Part shown: piece by piece, positions 1 through 12,355 of the stretch
Layout of the letters: every line of letters begins with the position of its first letter
How positions within the stretch are numbered: the first letter of the stretch is position 1
NCBI GenBank assembly: GCA_002633005.1
Contig: NMRA01000452.1
Span: forward strand, 96,270-160,269
Direction: 5' to 3'
DNA length: 64,000 nt
Origin: Phoronis australis
Lineage: Eukaryota; Animalia; Phoronida
Position numbers and translations under genes: made by a program
The notes under the pieces: model-generated
What the model was told of the DNA's origin: nothing
Database searches by the model: none
What the model saw: only the letters and a program-made list of their open reading frames with translations

Positions 1-958
1 AATTGTTTTAGAAACAACAGAAAACGGTAACAGATACATGCATGTGTACGCACAGCTATGCAAATAAATACATGAATAGATTTTCGAAAGTTACGCAAAC
101 ACACCTGTTCGTAGGGCCTGGACTCAAATTTGCATAGCATCCATTCTCAAACCAAATATCACTTCTTTTCATAAAGTATTGTAACACGGATATTCATGCG
201 ACCAATTACAATGCGTGCGCATTCAAACTACATTGTCATTATTACGTGTATCTTATCCAGTATACAAGGAATGTAGCCACGTCAATGAATGCTAATGCTG
301 ATCTTGTACTTAACTCTGTAATAGTGCTTCCACCCAAAACTGGTTCTCTCAGCTACTACCCTACTATAAGTGCTTCCTGTGTAAGGTAAAGCAATATTCA
401 ACATAACAAATCCTTACTAACTGCACCTGCACGTGGTTCGAGGAAGGTCGTCTCTTTTCGTTTCTTTAACTCACGCAAGCCATAGTACTGCTTGAAGATT
501 TGAAACCTGGGATGCGTTTCGTACGTACAAAATCTCGCGATTAAGTATGGTGTGGTCACGAGCTTTGGTTACAATGCATGGCGATATCTCGAGAAGTATT
601 GCGTGATTTTGCGTTGTCGCCTGGTTTTGGCGTCTACGGAACACTGACCGAGCTTACTATCATTTCAACTGAATATCATGAGGACACCACTGTAGTACAA
701 ATAATTCCAGGCACTCACCTTTCACCACGTGCATATTTGAAACTTTCTGAAATTCGATCAGTCCCTTTCTTGAGTCTAGTAAAATTGATCTTTAACGAGA
801 TGATGTCCACAGATACATCTGGAACCTGGGCGTCTTCTGAAGAGAAAATTCGCTGCATCTAAGTTTCCACTTTCAAAGAGTTCTATATAGATTCCAAGTG
901 ACATGAGTTCTTTGAGAAGTTCTGTGACTTGGCGCATATGAAAATGGCAGCGGATTTA

Positions 959-1951
959 CTAAGTGTTCTGCCAAAAGCAAAGGAGTTTTTTGAAAGCCTT
1001 CCGGAAGTTTTTGCTGGAAAGTGCGTAAATGAGAGGATTAAGAGCACAGTTAATATGAATAGCCATGACAAAGATGTCTCTGATAACTTGCAACGGCCAA
1101 GGGGATGTCGGCGAGATTGGACCGGTTGCGATTCTTAAGATTGAAATTGGTAAGTAGCAGATTGTATAGATGAGCAGAACACGTGACATGGTGCGAAGAG
1201 TGACATATTGTCGCTGAGCGTCTTCACTGATTTGAGCGCCTTGAGCGACAATTCTCCGCCGTTGTCTCCACGCTGCAATAGCTGTGTAAATGTGCGTTGG
1301 GTATGTTACAGCCATGGGTATGTAAATACCAAACGCAAATGTAAATTTTGACAGGCCAGGTCCAATGAGCGTCTCGAGATTACACTCCTGTCCGCTAGGA
1401 ATAACGTAACCTAGGTGATATGTTGAAATAAACATCAACGGGACAAGCACCAAGACCGGATAAAAGAGTGCCCAGATCACCAGCATAGTACACACGCGCT
1501 TGGTCATCAGTGTTTTATATCGAAGGGGATGTAATATTGCTACGAATCGGTTAAATGCTACCACAGCCAACATAGACAGAGTTACACCAAGAGTCCATTT
1601 CTGGAAGATCTCCTCGGCGTAGCATTCTATCACAGAGTTTCCAAACGGAGTTGTCCCAATTATGACTATTGCGTATCTCTTCCAGACGTAGAATGGGTTG
1701 TGAAAAGCCGCTCCGAGATCAGTGATGGCTAGTCCGAGTATAATAATATTACTCTCTTCGTCCTTAATAGCATAGAACTTGAAATACGAAATAACAACGA
1801 GAATATTGCCGAAGATAACACAGACAAAAATAACAATTTCGATGATTATGTATATAACCAAGAGGAACGGCGGAGCGACGGAGTCCGAAATTGACGCATT
1901 TGCCCCCAGTATGTCAAAATTGCTAACTGATTCGTTTTCAATAGTCGACAT
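959..1951 (-). CDS. Intronless class A (rhodopsin-like) GPCR, orphan, about 330 aa
   Basis: Seven hydrophobic segments. TM1 GN, TM2 LAITD, TM3 end NRF (DRY position) followed by VAILHPLRY, TM6 YTICYLP, TM7 NCALNPLIY, helix 8 SKNFRKAF. First ATG at 1951 (MSTIENES, with an N-glycosylation sequon); the ORF-track start at 1987 is a GTG. Confidence 0.92.
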   Translation of the reverse strand: MSTIENESVSNFDILGANASISDSVAPPFLLVIYIIIEIVIFVCVIFGNILVVISYFKFYAIKDEESNIIILGLAITDLGAAFHNPFYVWKRYAIVIIGTTPFGNSVIECYAEEIFQKWTLGVTLSMLAVVAFNRFVAILHPLRYKTLMTKRVCTMLVIWALFYPVLVLVPLMFISTYHLGYVIPSGQECNLETLIGPGLSKFTFAFGIYIPMAVTYPTHIYTAIAAWRQRRRIVAQGAQISEDAQRQYVTLRTMSRVLLIYTICYLPISILRIATGPISPTSPWPLQVIRDIFVMAIHINCALNPLIYALSSKNFRKAFKKLLCFWQNT

Positions 1952-2790
1952 TTCTTCGAAAGCTATTTTGCGCACTGAGACAATCACCAGGAGTGTACGA
2001 GATAATCAATGCGGCACCGCGAAGAAAAACGAAGGAGAGTGTCCTGTGATTGGTTGACGCTTTTTGCTGACGATACTCTGACTTTTCACATGCCATAGTG
2101 GATAATTATGTGACAACGCTCCATGTGCCACTGTTGATATTTTGTTAAGGGACTAATTACTTTCCGGTGCAATTTTGCAAGCAAAAATTCTTACATAACA
2201 GGTAAATGCCAATCAAGTTCCATATTCGAGAATCAACTGTGTTACGAGCTTAAATAGAATTTTCTGGTCAATTACCAAATGCCAACTGGATCTCATATGC
2301 AAAGGATTATTTAGTTGTGCAAATTAAAAAGAATCATCAAAATCTGACAATGTTTGAGAAATTAATGCATGCTTTTGTCTATGAATTTCATGCATTTTTA
2401 GCGTTACGAGTGGCCATTTTGAAATTTCCAATTTTTGAATGCCTACAGTAGAAAAGAAATTTATTTTATTAAGTAAGCAATTGTTTTGACATGACTTGGA
2501 ATAACTAGTCACTTTCAGAATCACTTAGATGAAGTTGTGCTGATTCATTGAGAAATGGTAGGGTTCACCCTAAAACAGGAACTCGTTACGAAATTTGTAA
2601 ATTGTGTGTTTTTAACCCTCGTCTACTGTAAAGAAAGTTAAAAAGTAAAGTTCACGCTTCATAATAAGAAGGACTGTATACTACGTTAGTCTAGGCAACA
2701 CAGCAAATTATTCAATATCTAACCAAACCAAAAGTTTGAATATTGACTGGGTTCTGTTATGTTGAAAAAGTACCAAAAAGGCTAAAAATA

Positions 2791-3850
2791 TAGTGTACGT
2801 ACCCCTATGTTTACAAATACAATGAAATTAAAATATTACTTGGTAAGTGAGCAACATTGGTCACAGACAGTTTCCTCTCTTAAAAATTCTAGGTTAAAAG
2901 GGTGTTTCTTAAAAATACATTTGTTTTGAGTGAAATATTAGCATTTGTGTAGTGTACGTACCCCTATATTTTATCATGTGCCTATTTTCAAAGAATGACA
3001 GACAGTTATGCACATTTATGCTGCTGTAATTTTTATTTGTTTGGTAAATGAACTAACACTCAGTAGATCCTGAGTATTTTGTATCAACCTGACAGGTCAT
3101 TGAAATGTAGTGTACCTACCCCTGTGCAATGTACGTATCTTCAACGTCGGTGCCATAAAGTATTGCTCACAAGTATTTTTACATACTGCTGTTCTCATGA
3201 ACAATACTGATATTTCCAAAATGCATCCAGTCTGACAAAAAACAATGGACATTATCAAGTGTGTGGACTATAGAATGCCACACAGGACTTAGCTAGTAAC
3301 ACGCTAGAAAACACGTCATGTGACAACTGATGTTGCACAGTCAGGTGCTCTATCTCTCAAGACAACTGGCTATAAACTAAGAAGTAGTGGTAGCACAAAA
3401 CTCAAGACCATCCCATAAATTTTGTAACGTTGTCAAAATTTGATGTTGATTGGTTATGGGTAATTACGTTGTGTACGTACCCCCGACCAGTACCATTTTT
3501 TACTGTTTACAAGTTGAACACTGGACTTAACATTGTTTTAACTATTTTGACCAACTGGTAAATGTATTAAAAACTAGGCAAATAGCATCTATAAAGTTTT
3601 TGAAAAAGATAGTTACTTGTTTTCTTTTTGTAAGAATCATATTGCAAGAGAAAAAATTCTCATTACAATGAGTTAAGATATGTAATACGTCATCATCAAG
3701 AACAACTTGATTAGCACGGTAATCATTTTTCTTACTTCAGTGTGGGATACTTCTTCAATTTAGTCAAGAGGTTTTCACATTAAGAGCTACCTTATGAATT
3801 TTGCCTGATAGAAGTGGGTTGTGACCACAAGTTGTAGTGTACGTACCCTT
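2791..3850. repeat. Dispersed copies of TAGTGTACGTACCCCT in an AT-rich segment, probably subterminal repeats of a decayed DNA transposon
   Basis: Copies near 2791, 2950, 3108, 3471 and 3835, plus a partial near 3130, all in the same orientation. Confidence 0.55.
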
Positions 3851-5099
3851 TTATACAACTGTGATACATCAGGCCATAAAATCTTATTCAGGGATTTTTG
3901 TGCAAAAATATTTTAGATTACAAACCTGGAATGATAGTAATTTAAAACCCAGCTTTTGTAATTATATGAAATCCTTCATTTTTCACGAAAGTGACCACCG
4001 AATGTGAATTTGATTGTGATTTGTCCGTAAGGTAAAATATATACCGCACATGTCCCTGCCGTCAATGTTCTGGGTCTGGACTAGAGGGCCACATGAAAAG
4101 TTAGACCAACAACGTAATTCTATTCGTAAAGTATTTCACTTGTACTGTCTGCTAGCCTTGGTTTAAAGCTGTATAACTATACGATGCGGCACAAAGCCTG
4201 AAGCGCTGAGCCAGCCAAGGCTGATCCTATCCGATGGTAAGGAGCAAAACTCGGGGTTACTCGTTGTCTTGAGAAAACTGTAGGCCAACATTTTTGAATA
4301 ATAAGATTAGTCATTTTTTCACCAAAAATGCAGGGGCAGAAAAAGCACATTTTTCCTAAGTTCGAGAAATCAACACTCTCGGAAACCTAATTCGATAGAC
4401 ATCCGCAAACCTTTCCACTGCCATAAGTAATGGCGTATATGTATTGTGCGACCGGTGGTGTCTGATGAAGTGGAAACTTTATGGCGGCCACTACTTTCTT
4501 GAAAATAGTGCCTTGATCTATGGGTTCGAGTATCGTGTGGTAGGCAGTGTAATCTAAATTAGCATTAGGAAGCCATGATTTTTCGGATTTTTGGAAAAAT
4601 GTGTTTTTTGTCCCTGTATTTTTGGTGGAAATAGTCACTAAACTAATTAACAAAAAGTGCTGGCCTGGGTTACATGGATACGATTTTTATTCGTCTGCTC
4701 GGGTTGGTGTAAGATCCTTACAACTGGGTGTTATCATATGTATTGAATTTTCTTAAGCAAAAACTTACGTTTGAACTACTTCATATAAATTTTCAATACA
4801 AATGTATCAAGATTATCATATGCCACATGTTCTTACGAATTCATATGTGAATTGCCGGTAGCCCTTGATGTGGACTCTGCCACCTTCAAGCTGGGAGCAA
4901 ATAAACAAAAATAAAATTGCACATCACCAGTTAAAATTCCATCTCCATTGAAAGTTAATATAAAAATAACGAAAATACAATGTCCATCTCTTTTCTAACT
5001 CCAACAGGGGTCGCTCGTTTCGAGAGTGAAGTTTCTAGAAAAGCTGACAATTGCACTTTCTCCATCAATGTTCTCAATTTCGTTGTCTAATCTCGTCTA

Positions 5100-6050
5100 T
5101 CGCAAGTACTTGCTCAATACGTCCACACACTATATAACCCAAAATTACTCTTCCCACAAGATTTACCTATCACTCTGCTGCAATTATGGACCACATTAAA
5201 TCGTAAATTTTCGTGTACGCTGGAATAGTCTCACGCTGGAAGTCTACCATCGTCTCTTTCTGACCACTGCCCCACGTTCACTGGAACTGGCACAGAAACA
5301 AACCATAAAGTGCGAGTACCCAGACACATTAAAACACAAACTCTATTGAATAAACTGTCAATACATGATCTCAAAAACGAACTTTTAGCCTAAATGACCA
5401 ACCCATAGTTATCGAAAATAATGATGTTTACGCAAAACAATGTTTTCTCTCAAACAAATACTAAGCCTCCAAATCCAAAAAAGTCAACAACTAAATGCAT
5501 GGATAACAAGTGGCATTCTGAAATCAATAAAATTTAAATACAAGTTGTATAGACAACTTACCTCAACACCTAAACACAGTCACAACTATTTCGCCATATC
5601 TAATAATTTTAAATTATGTCGTAACTATTGGAAACCACAATTAGAGTGCTAAACAAATGTGTGACCATAAGGAATTTACTAAGTTAAACGTTATCAGGAA
5701 ATTATGGCAGTCTGTTCTTTGTAATTCTGACATTAAAGCATACTCCATTATTAAATCTCAAACAGGTTGCACACTCTTAAACAAATTTGACATTGCCAGT
5801 AAATTTACAAACAATTTCTGGCTTCATTACAGTTGGGCCAAAATGTGCTTTCGGCCAACTGCGACAGAGCGCTACGTCATTCAAGGAAGTTTTAAACACG
5901 TCATCGCCTCATATTTTCAAGTTAGTGCACATCGATGAATAAAAAGTAAAAAGAACAATTACATGTAGATCTTTAAAACACACTGCAAGCACGGGACATG
6001 ACAATACAATCAAAAGATTATGCAAGGCGTCTTTTCTAAATCAACTTAGA
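5100..6050 (+). mobile_element. Degenerate non-LTR retrotransposon (LINE, CR1/L2/jockey-like) ORF2 remnant
   Basis: Frameshifted remnants of APE-endonuclease motifs (IMDHI near 5181, SDHCPTF near 5259) and the linker AWITSGILKSIKFKYKLYR (5440-5652 ORF). Confidence 0.7.
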
Positions 6051-6275
6051 ATGGCAACAGTAATTCTTGTCTTCAAAGCATCGAAACAGGAACCCCGGTG
6101 TAAAACAGATATCCCGGACCGTGGCTGCGTAGCCTTGCCTTGGAGCAAAAATGTATACTTAATAGACAGCAGTTGCACCAATGTGGGTAAAAACTGATCA
6201 ACTAAAATCTGACACAAAATCAGTGTCAGTAAAGACTACACTCTTCCTTGAGTAAACTAGATTATTTAGCCATAA

Positions 6276-7580
6276 ACGTAACAGTAACTCATCACTGACA
6301 ATCTGATCCTTCATAAGAGCTCGCAAAATCTTACGAATTGAACGAATCATCAGTTCCCACACTCCACCTGTATGGCTAGCTGCAGGTGGATTTAACAAAT
6401 AATCATTAACCTTATCCTGATTCATCAGTGCAATCTCACGCTTAAGCTCCGCATCTGCACTTCTGACATTGGTACCGTTATCACTGCAGATAATCTCGGG
6501 CAAACCTCTACGACTGATAAATCTAGTCAGTGCACACAAGAAGGAATCAGTACTTAAACTATGACAAACTTCAATATGCACAGCTCTCAAACTCAAATCA
6601 GTGAAAATACAACCAAAACGCTTAGCTCTAGCCCTTCCAACCTTCACCATAAAAGGACCAAAATAGTCTATACCAATATATGCAAATGGTGGCTTAAACG
6701 GTGACACTCTATCCTTAGGCAAAGAACCCATAATCTGTTCACCAGGACGTGCATTACGCTTGCGACAATCAAAACATCTGCCAACAACGCGTTTAACTGC
6801 AGAACGGCCTTGCAAAATCCAAAATTTCTGCCTAATAGCAGCCAAAACCATATTGACTCCTGAATGACCTTCCTGTTCATGATAGAANTTGTAGAAGGAA
6901 TAGACTTCTCTACAACACGGAAACTAAATGTGTCGCTATCAACATTCCACTGAACACCAAGAGCATATTCAATCGGCATTTTATCAAGATTTAAATCTAC
7001 AACTGACGGAGCCCTCTCACTATCAGGAATGTGAGCAAGAACATTGCGACTGTTACTAATCCACTTAGTGAGATGAAATCCAGCTCTCGACATCATATCA
7101 CGCAGCTGTTCAATAAGTTGAAGAGCTCTAGACTCCGAATCAACAGATTTCAACAAATCATCGACATAGAAATTATTACTAACAGTAGAGCATGTCAAAT
7201 CATCATACTCGCCTCCGAAATCCTCAACTGTGTGCTTAACACAATAGCTGGCAACGCAAGGAGAAGACGTTGCACCAAATACGTGGACTAACATCTGGTA
7301 GTCTATCGGATCTTGAGACAAATCATCATTAGGCCACCACAAGAAGCGTAATGCATTACAGTCATCAGTTCTCACCCGAACTTGATGAAACATTGCCTCT
7401 ATGTCAGCAACCAAAGCCACATGATCCTGCCTAAAACGCATCAAAACACCCACAAGGTCATTAGTCATATCTGGACCCTGTAATAATACATCATTCAGAC
7501 AGACACCCTTATACTTAGCTGAGCAATCAAATACAACCCTGACCTTTCCAGGTTTCTTAGCTGTCACAACAGGGTCATGG
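6276..7580 (-). mobile_element. BEL/Pao LTR retrotransposon pol fragment (RT plus integrase), internally truncated
   Basis: RT: KKPGKVRVVFDCSA, LNDVLLQGPD, ADIEAMFHQV, FGATSSP, YVDD. Integrase: CFDC zinc-finger half, IDYFGP, CSDNGTN, HTGGVWE. RNase H is absent and the two domains join at the N at 6888. Confidence 0.93.
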
Positions 7581-8320
7581 GTGAGTTACTCTTTGTAGTT
7601 GATTACTTAATTAACAATAGGTTTCATTTGTCTAATTAGGGGTTATCATATAATAAATTAATTACTGGATTTGATTATTCACTCTCCATCTACGCACAAC
7701 TTCAAAAGCATAGCTACCTTTTAAACAAACCCACAGTCAATCGTCTGACACAAATCCTGCCTCGCACAAAAAATCACACCATGAGTGTACCACGTATCCT
7801 TGCTCGTTCTTCTAAGAACGCGGAAACACCTGACGATGGCCGGAGAAGAGACCGACCGTAACGTCGTGACAGTGTATATAGACTAGAGGTCGGTGTAAAT
7901 AGACCAAGAGATTTTAACAATAGTTGTAAGCGTTTTGTGTGTTTATAACTAAAAAATCGCAAGTCTAAAAGTATAACGCACAGTTATGTTCTGTCTATAT
8001 TTCATGGAAGAATGATTCGATTTTTTCACCAAACAGACCCACATTAGAGCGAACAACCCGTTAGTTCAAGAACTCGACGTATCTGTCAGGGTTTTAAATC
8101 GAATTTTGATGATTTGTTGGTGTAAAACGACGAATTCAAGCGATAAGTTGACACCAGTAAGCGTGTTGTGAACGACTGAACAGACTGCGTTCGAACCGAT
8201 TACGCCATTGGTTAATTTCAACACCTCCGTCTGCCATCAGGTGTCGGGTAAAACAACTGAACTTGCTGTTATCGCGGAATGGGACTACTCGATCTAAATT
8301 GATACAAAATGGGTTGTTTT

Positions 8321-8340
8321 TGGGTGGCATTCTCTTTTAA
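8321..8340 (-). mobile_element. Kolobok-type transposon terminus, second family
   Basis: Reverse complement TTAAAAGAGAATGCCACCCA matches TTAAAGGAGAATGCCACCCA at 58300-58319 (19/20). TTAA followed by RR is typical of Kolobok ends. Confidence 0.45.
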
Positions 8341-10209
8341 CCACAGTATTGTGTACCAATACAAAAGGTGTGCTTGACAAGTTTAATCGAGCGTGACTCT
8401 AGATAAGAAGGTGATAGTGGAAATATGTTTATTTTTACACTCCACATTGGGCCCAGTTGCATGAAAGTTATACGCCGTATAGCAACAATGACGTCGCATT
8501 ATCACGCGTCACGTTGTATTGTTGAACAATAAACCATGACGACATGCAACAATCAAACTTATCCAGCGGATAATTTTGAACTTTTATGCAACCCAGCCCA
8601 AGAATGATGCGTAATGGGCTCCAGCGGACAAGGTGAGTGTCAGTTGACACCCTGATTTTGCATGCGCCCCTGTCGGTTTATAGCTGAGAAAACTGATATA
8701 AGTTTCGCGACGATCGAGAGGTGACGAGCAGAACTAATTCCCTGTCTGTGTGAAACTGATTCGGGCTCAACACACAGTGGCACTGGCACTTAGCTATATT
8801 TTGACCATAGTCTTCATACATCTAGCTGGCTGGCTAGACCCTGGGATTAATCAACGTCACAGGGACGAAAAACAAAAACTAGGTTGTGTGAACATGCACA
8901 TACAGGTTGAAATGATGACTAGCACAGCCATTGACCTATATCTCTTTAAGCTGTACAGCCTCAGTGACGTCACAAAAACAGCGCTCGCAGTGAGGCTTTA
9001 TGGACTATTTTTTTACAAGTAAAAAAGAAAAATACTGTGCACTATGGAAGAAGATGTGAATGTCAGTAACTAACCTTTATACTAAAATGTTGAAACATGT
9101 AATCATGTCTTACAGTTCTGTAGCCGAGAGGCCTTTACCTAATGGACTAAATACATAAGCTTACCTTAAAGTCCTTCTTGCAAACTGCCCATGTGGTTCC
9201 AGTATCCGAAAATACTTACTACATAAATTCTTATTTTCGACACCCTTTCTTTATATTCTTTTCGCCTTTCTTGCCAAAAGCGATTTTTGAACAGTATTTG
9301 ACCCTTCTATCTGAGCGTATGATTACCGGTTGTCATCGGTTATTTCCGTACCCACATTTCCGGCTCATTAGTTCAGGAATTGGCCTGAACGCCGCCATTT
9401 TTTCCTTGTAACTGAATGTGCTATGGCTTGCTCGAAAAGTCTTCATTATTTTGTATTATTAGTAATATATCGTGATTCGTTTGCATATATAGTGTATTTG
9501 TAGTTTGTGGTCGTTGATTTTTTTGGAATGTTACGCGTACTTAGTATGTTAAAATAGCATTGGTGTTTAGTTCCTTATGTAGGCCGGTCGAACCTAGGAA
9601 CCAATATGGGTCGAACCTATTTTTTTCGGTTTTATTTTTTTCCTTCCTCGTTTTGAAAAAGTACTTTGCTATCATCGGAAAGGTAGCACATTCTACTCAC
9701 TAAAAATCGAAAAAGTATCAAAATCGGGGCAAGCACTGTAAAGTTATTGCAAGTTTTGTGGCGAAATTTGGGTCACTTTGTTTGGATCGCGTCGGCCATA
9801 TTGGAAGACAGCGAGATAAGTTACGAGTTTAAAACTTTGTGTAAATTGTTTTCGCCAACAAATTACGGTGACATTTAGTTAGACATATCTTTACTTACAA
9901 TTCTGCACGATTTAGCAGTGTTCACCAAATTTCAGCCTCGCAGTTGTTACTCATTAAGTGATAAATAGTGCTCACAATTCCCGTTGGACTTCGTCTCATT
10001 TCTGGCGGCACCTACAATGTCGACTTTTGCTGAACTGAAAGGCATGTTCAATCGGCTACTTTGTAATTTGTGAAGATTTAACGTTGATACATTTTGACAA
10101 ACATTGCTACAAAAAAGAAACTTTGTTCAATTTTCGTGTTTTTTTTTGTGTTTGTGCATGGCCAGCGACCAGTTAGGCCTAAGGGCAGTCTTGGCGTAAA
10201 GCTGCCTCC

Positions 10210-10350
10210 CGTTCAGTAACGCTAGGACATCGCTAAAAAGCAAGACTTCGCGAGAGTACACGAGATTTCGCCGTGTATTTTGAATTAGAACACGTGACTT
10301 TGACTAGGTTTTAGCTAGGTCCTAGCGTAGGTCCTAGCGTCTACTGAACG
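10210..10350. mobile_element. Small MITE-like inverted-repeat element
   Basis: CGTTCAGTAACGCTAGGAC at the left end pairs with GTCCTAGCGTCTACTGAACG at the right end. Confidence 0.45.
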
Positions 10351-11041
10351 CACGCTTGTATAGGCCTACTAACAAGTTTTATTTTGACTATAGTCTTCAC
10401 TGGTTGCTGGTAACTGAGGCTAACTAAGGTCTGCCGCGGCAGGACTAACCAGCCCGTAATTTCATGCAAGTATCTGAAACTACCCTTGAATATATGCAGC
10501 ATTTATCATTTGACCATTTTACTTCGACAAAACAGCTTGCAACCGCATGCATTTACCGTTCGCCAGTGTCTGGTCTCGATCCGCACCGGGTCCGATAGGC
10601 TGCGGTCCCGAGTCTGGCAAAATAATTTCTGTCAAAATTTATTCGCCACATTTCTTCAGCAAATTATTGTCCGTAGTTTAATTTTATCAAAATTAAGGCG
10701 CGCTGTCGATTTTTTATCCCGTTTGCTGGCTGGTAACAGTACAGGCACTGCTCCAGTCGCACTGACGGCGTTTTCTCGGCCTGGGTTCCTGAATGAATTG
10801 TACTTCCAGGTTCGCGGCAAGTTCAAAATGGCGGTGTTTCTTCGGGTGCGAATCGTGAGTTGCGCGTTCATTTAAACTGTTTTCGAGTACGGATCGTGTA
10901 TTAGTTATTTGGTAGGTACTTCTTGGATCCTTATAACATCTTCTAACCATGTAATAAGGGTTAACAACGCGTGAGAGAAGGACTTTAATTTATCTCATCG
11001 CCTTCACCCACGGTATAGCCTCAGTGACGTCAGACGCGCGT

Positions 11042-11559
11042 TAGCCCTCGCTGGTTCCCTGCGTGCCGCTAGGTGGGGCGGTAGCCGCGCCAGCTGGCAC
11101 GCAGGTATCACTTAATTTTCCTCGGGAAATTTTTTTACACCGGCGTTTCTGATTGGCTAGTCGAATTCTCAACAGGCAGCGCTTTAAGCAAACAAACTGG
11201 CATGACTGACGGACTGCAGTGTAAATGTGGTGTGTTGGGCAGACAAATCGGTGTTTAAAATTTATGTCCAGGAAATGTGAATCCAAGAAATTGTGGTTGC
11301 GCCTTTTCGAAGTGCATCTTTCTACATGTATGTGCTTCAAGCACACGGCTATTAAATCACTGCAGAAACGAAATAGTTGCTGCGACGCCACTTGCATGAC
11401 AAGGCTAAAAATCGTTCACAGTCCGCCATTTTTCACGTTGTAAAGCTAATCAATGACTGCTGAGGTTACATCAACCAATGCTAAAGCGCGTGCCACTGCG
11501 TGCGCTATACCTACGTGCTGGCTAGGCCCGTAGGGGACCCGTGACCAGCGAGGCGTTAG
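11042..11559. mobile_element. Possible non-autonomous DNA transposon with TAG-type termini (Academ-like)
   Basis: TAGCCCTCGCTGGT at the left; ACCAGCGAGGCGTTA at the right (imperfect TIR). Confidence 0.35.
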
Positions 11560-11656
11560 CCAAAAGGAATTAACATTGGAAAAACTTTTTTTTATAAAAA
11601 TGCGAACAAAGATGTGGTTTCTGTTATAGACTTCATTAAGTAAACTAAATTACATT

Positions 11657-12355
11657 AGGCGAAGGCAACCTTTTTTCATGTCACTTTTAGCAAAAATAAG
11701 GTTCGTTGGTTATCCCAGACATATTTTACACTTAACTGTAATTTTTGTAATTTAATTAATTACTTGTCCTCTACTCCGGAAGTGACGTTTTGGTAGGCAA
11801 GAATTTCGCGCCAATTTGGATCCGCGTTGAGTTTAGTGTGAGGATCTGTACTACTTTTGTTTTCGGGCTGTTTTTCTAAAATTGTCGTCACCACTTCCCA
11901 TCGACGAGTTTTCTACGACAAACCAGGTTGTTAGAGAACCCAATTACGTTGGATTTAGGGATTCTTTAGTTTGGCGGAAAATGTCTGGAGTCGGCGACCC
12001 ATATCACAGTGACAGTAGTGACGTGAGTAACGGAGACATTGTTCATATAGCAGCGGTGACGAGGAATTTTTTTCTCGGACAGTCAGTGGGTGGATATACT
12101 TTGTATGTTTGAGCCCGAGTATAATGAGGCAGAATATGCACAGGCACAACTGTCCCTCTTGCCCCAGTGTCGCGCGACACACTCCCAACTGGNGACAGTA
12201 GATGAAGTGCCTCCAGTCACTGTAGTGGCCATAGCTCGAGAGGCTTCTCGCTTCAAAAACGCACTTCTCGGGGGTGGCTACAGTATCGCACCCTTCTTTA
12301 GGCGTTGTTTCGCATGGACCTTCATCAATTCAGCGTACATATCCCTCTCGTAAAA
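11657..12355. mobile_element. Internally deleted Kolobok DNA transposon, copy A (KolX N-terminal remnant on +, THAP remnant on -)
   Basis: Terminus AGGCGAAGGCAACCTTTT and about 450 bp colinear with 62916-63360. Plus strand: MSGVGDPY...MFEPEYNEAEY. Minus strand 12200-12352: YERDMYAELMKVHAKQRLKKGAI (THAP C-terminus) then RSAFLKREA. Confidence 0.75.

Noticed and set aside
959-1951. Opsin or olfactory receptor assignment for the GPCR
   Set aside because: No lysine at position 7.43; HPLRY alone is not diagnostic.
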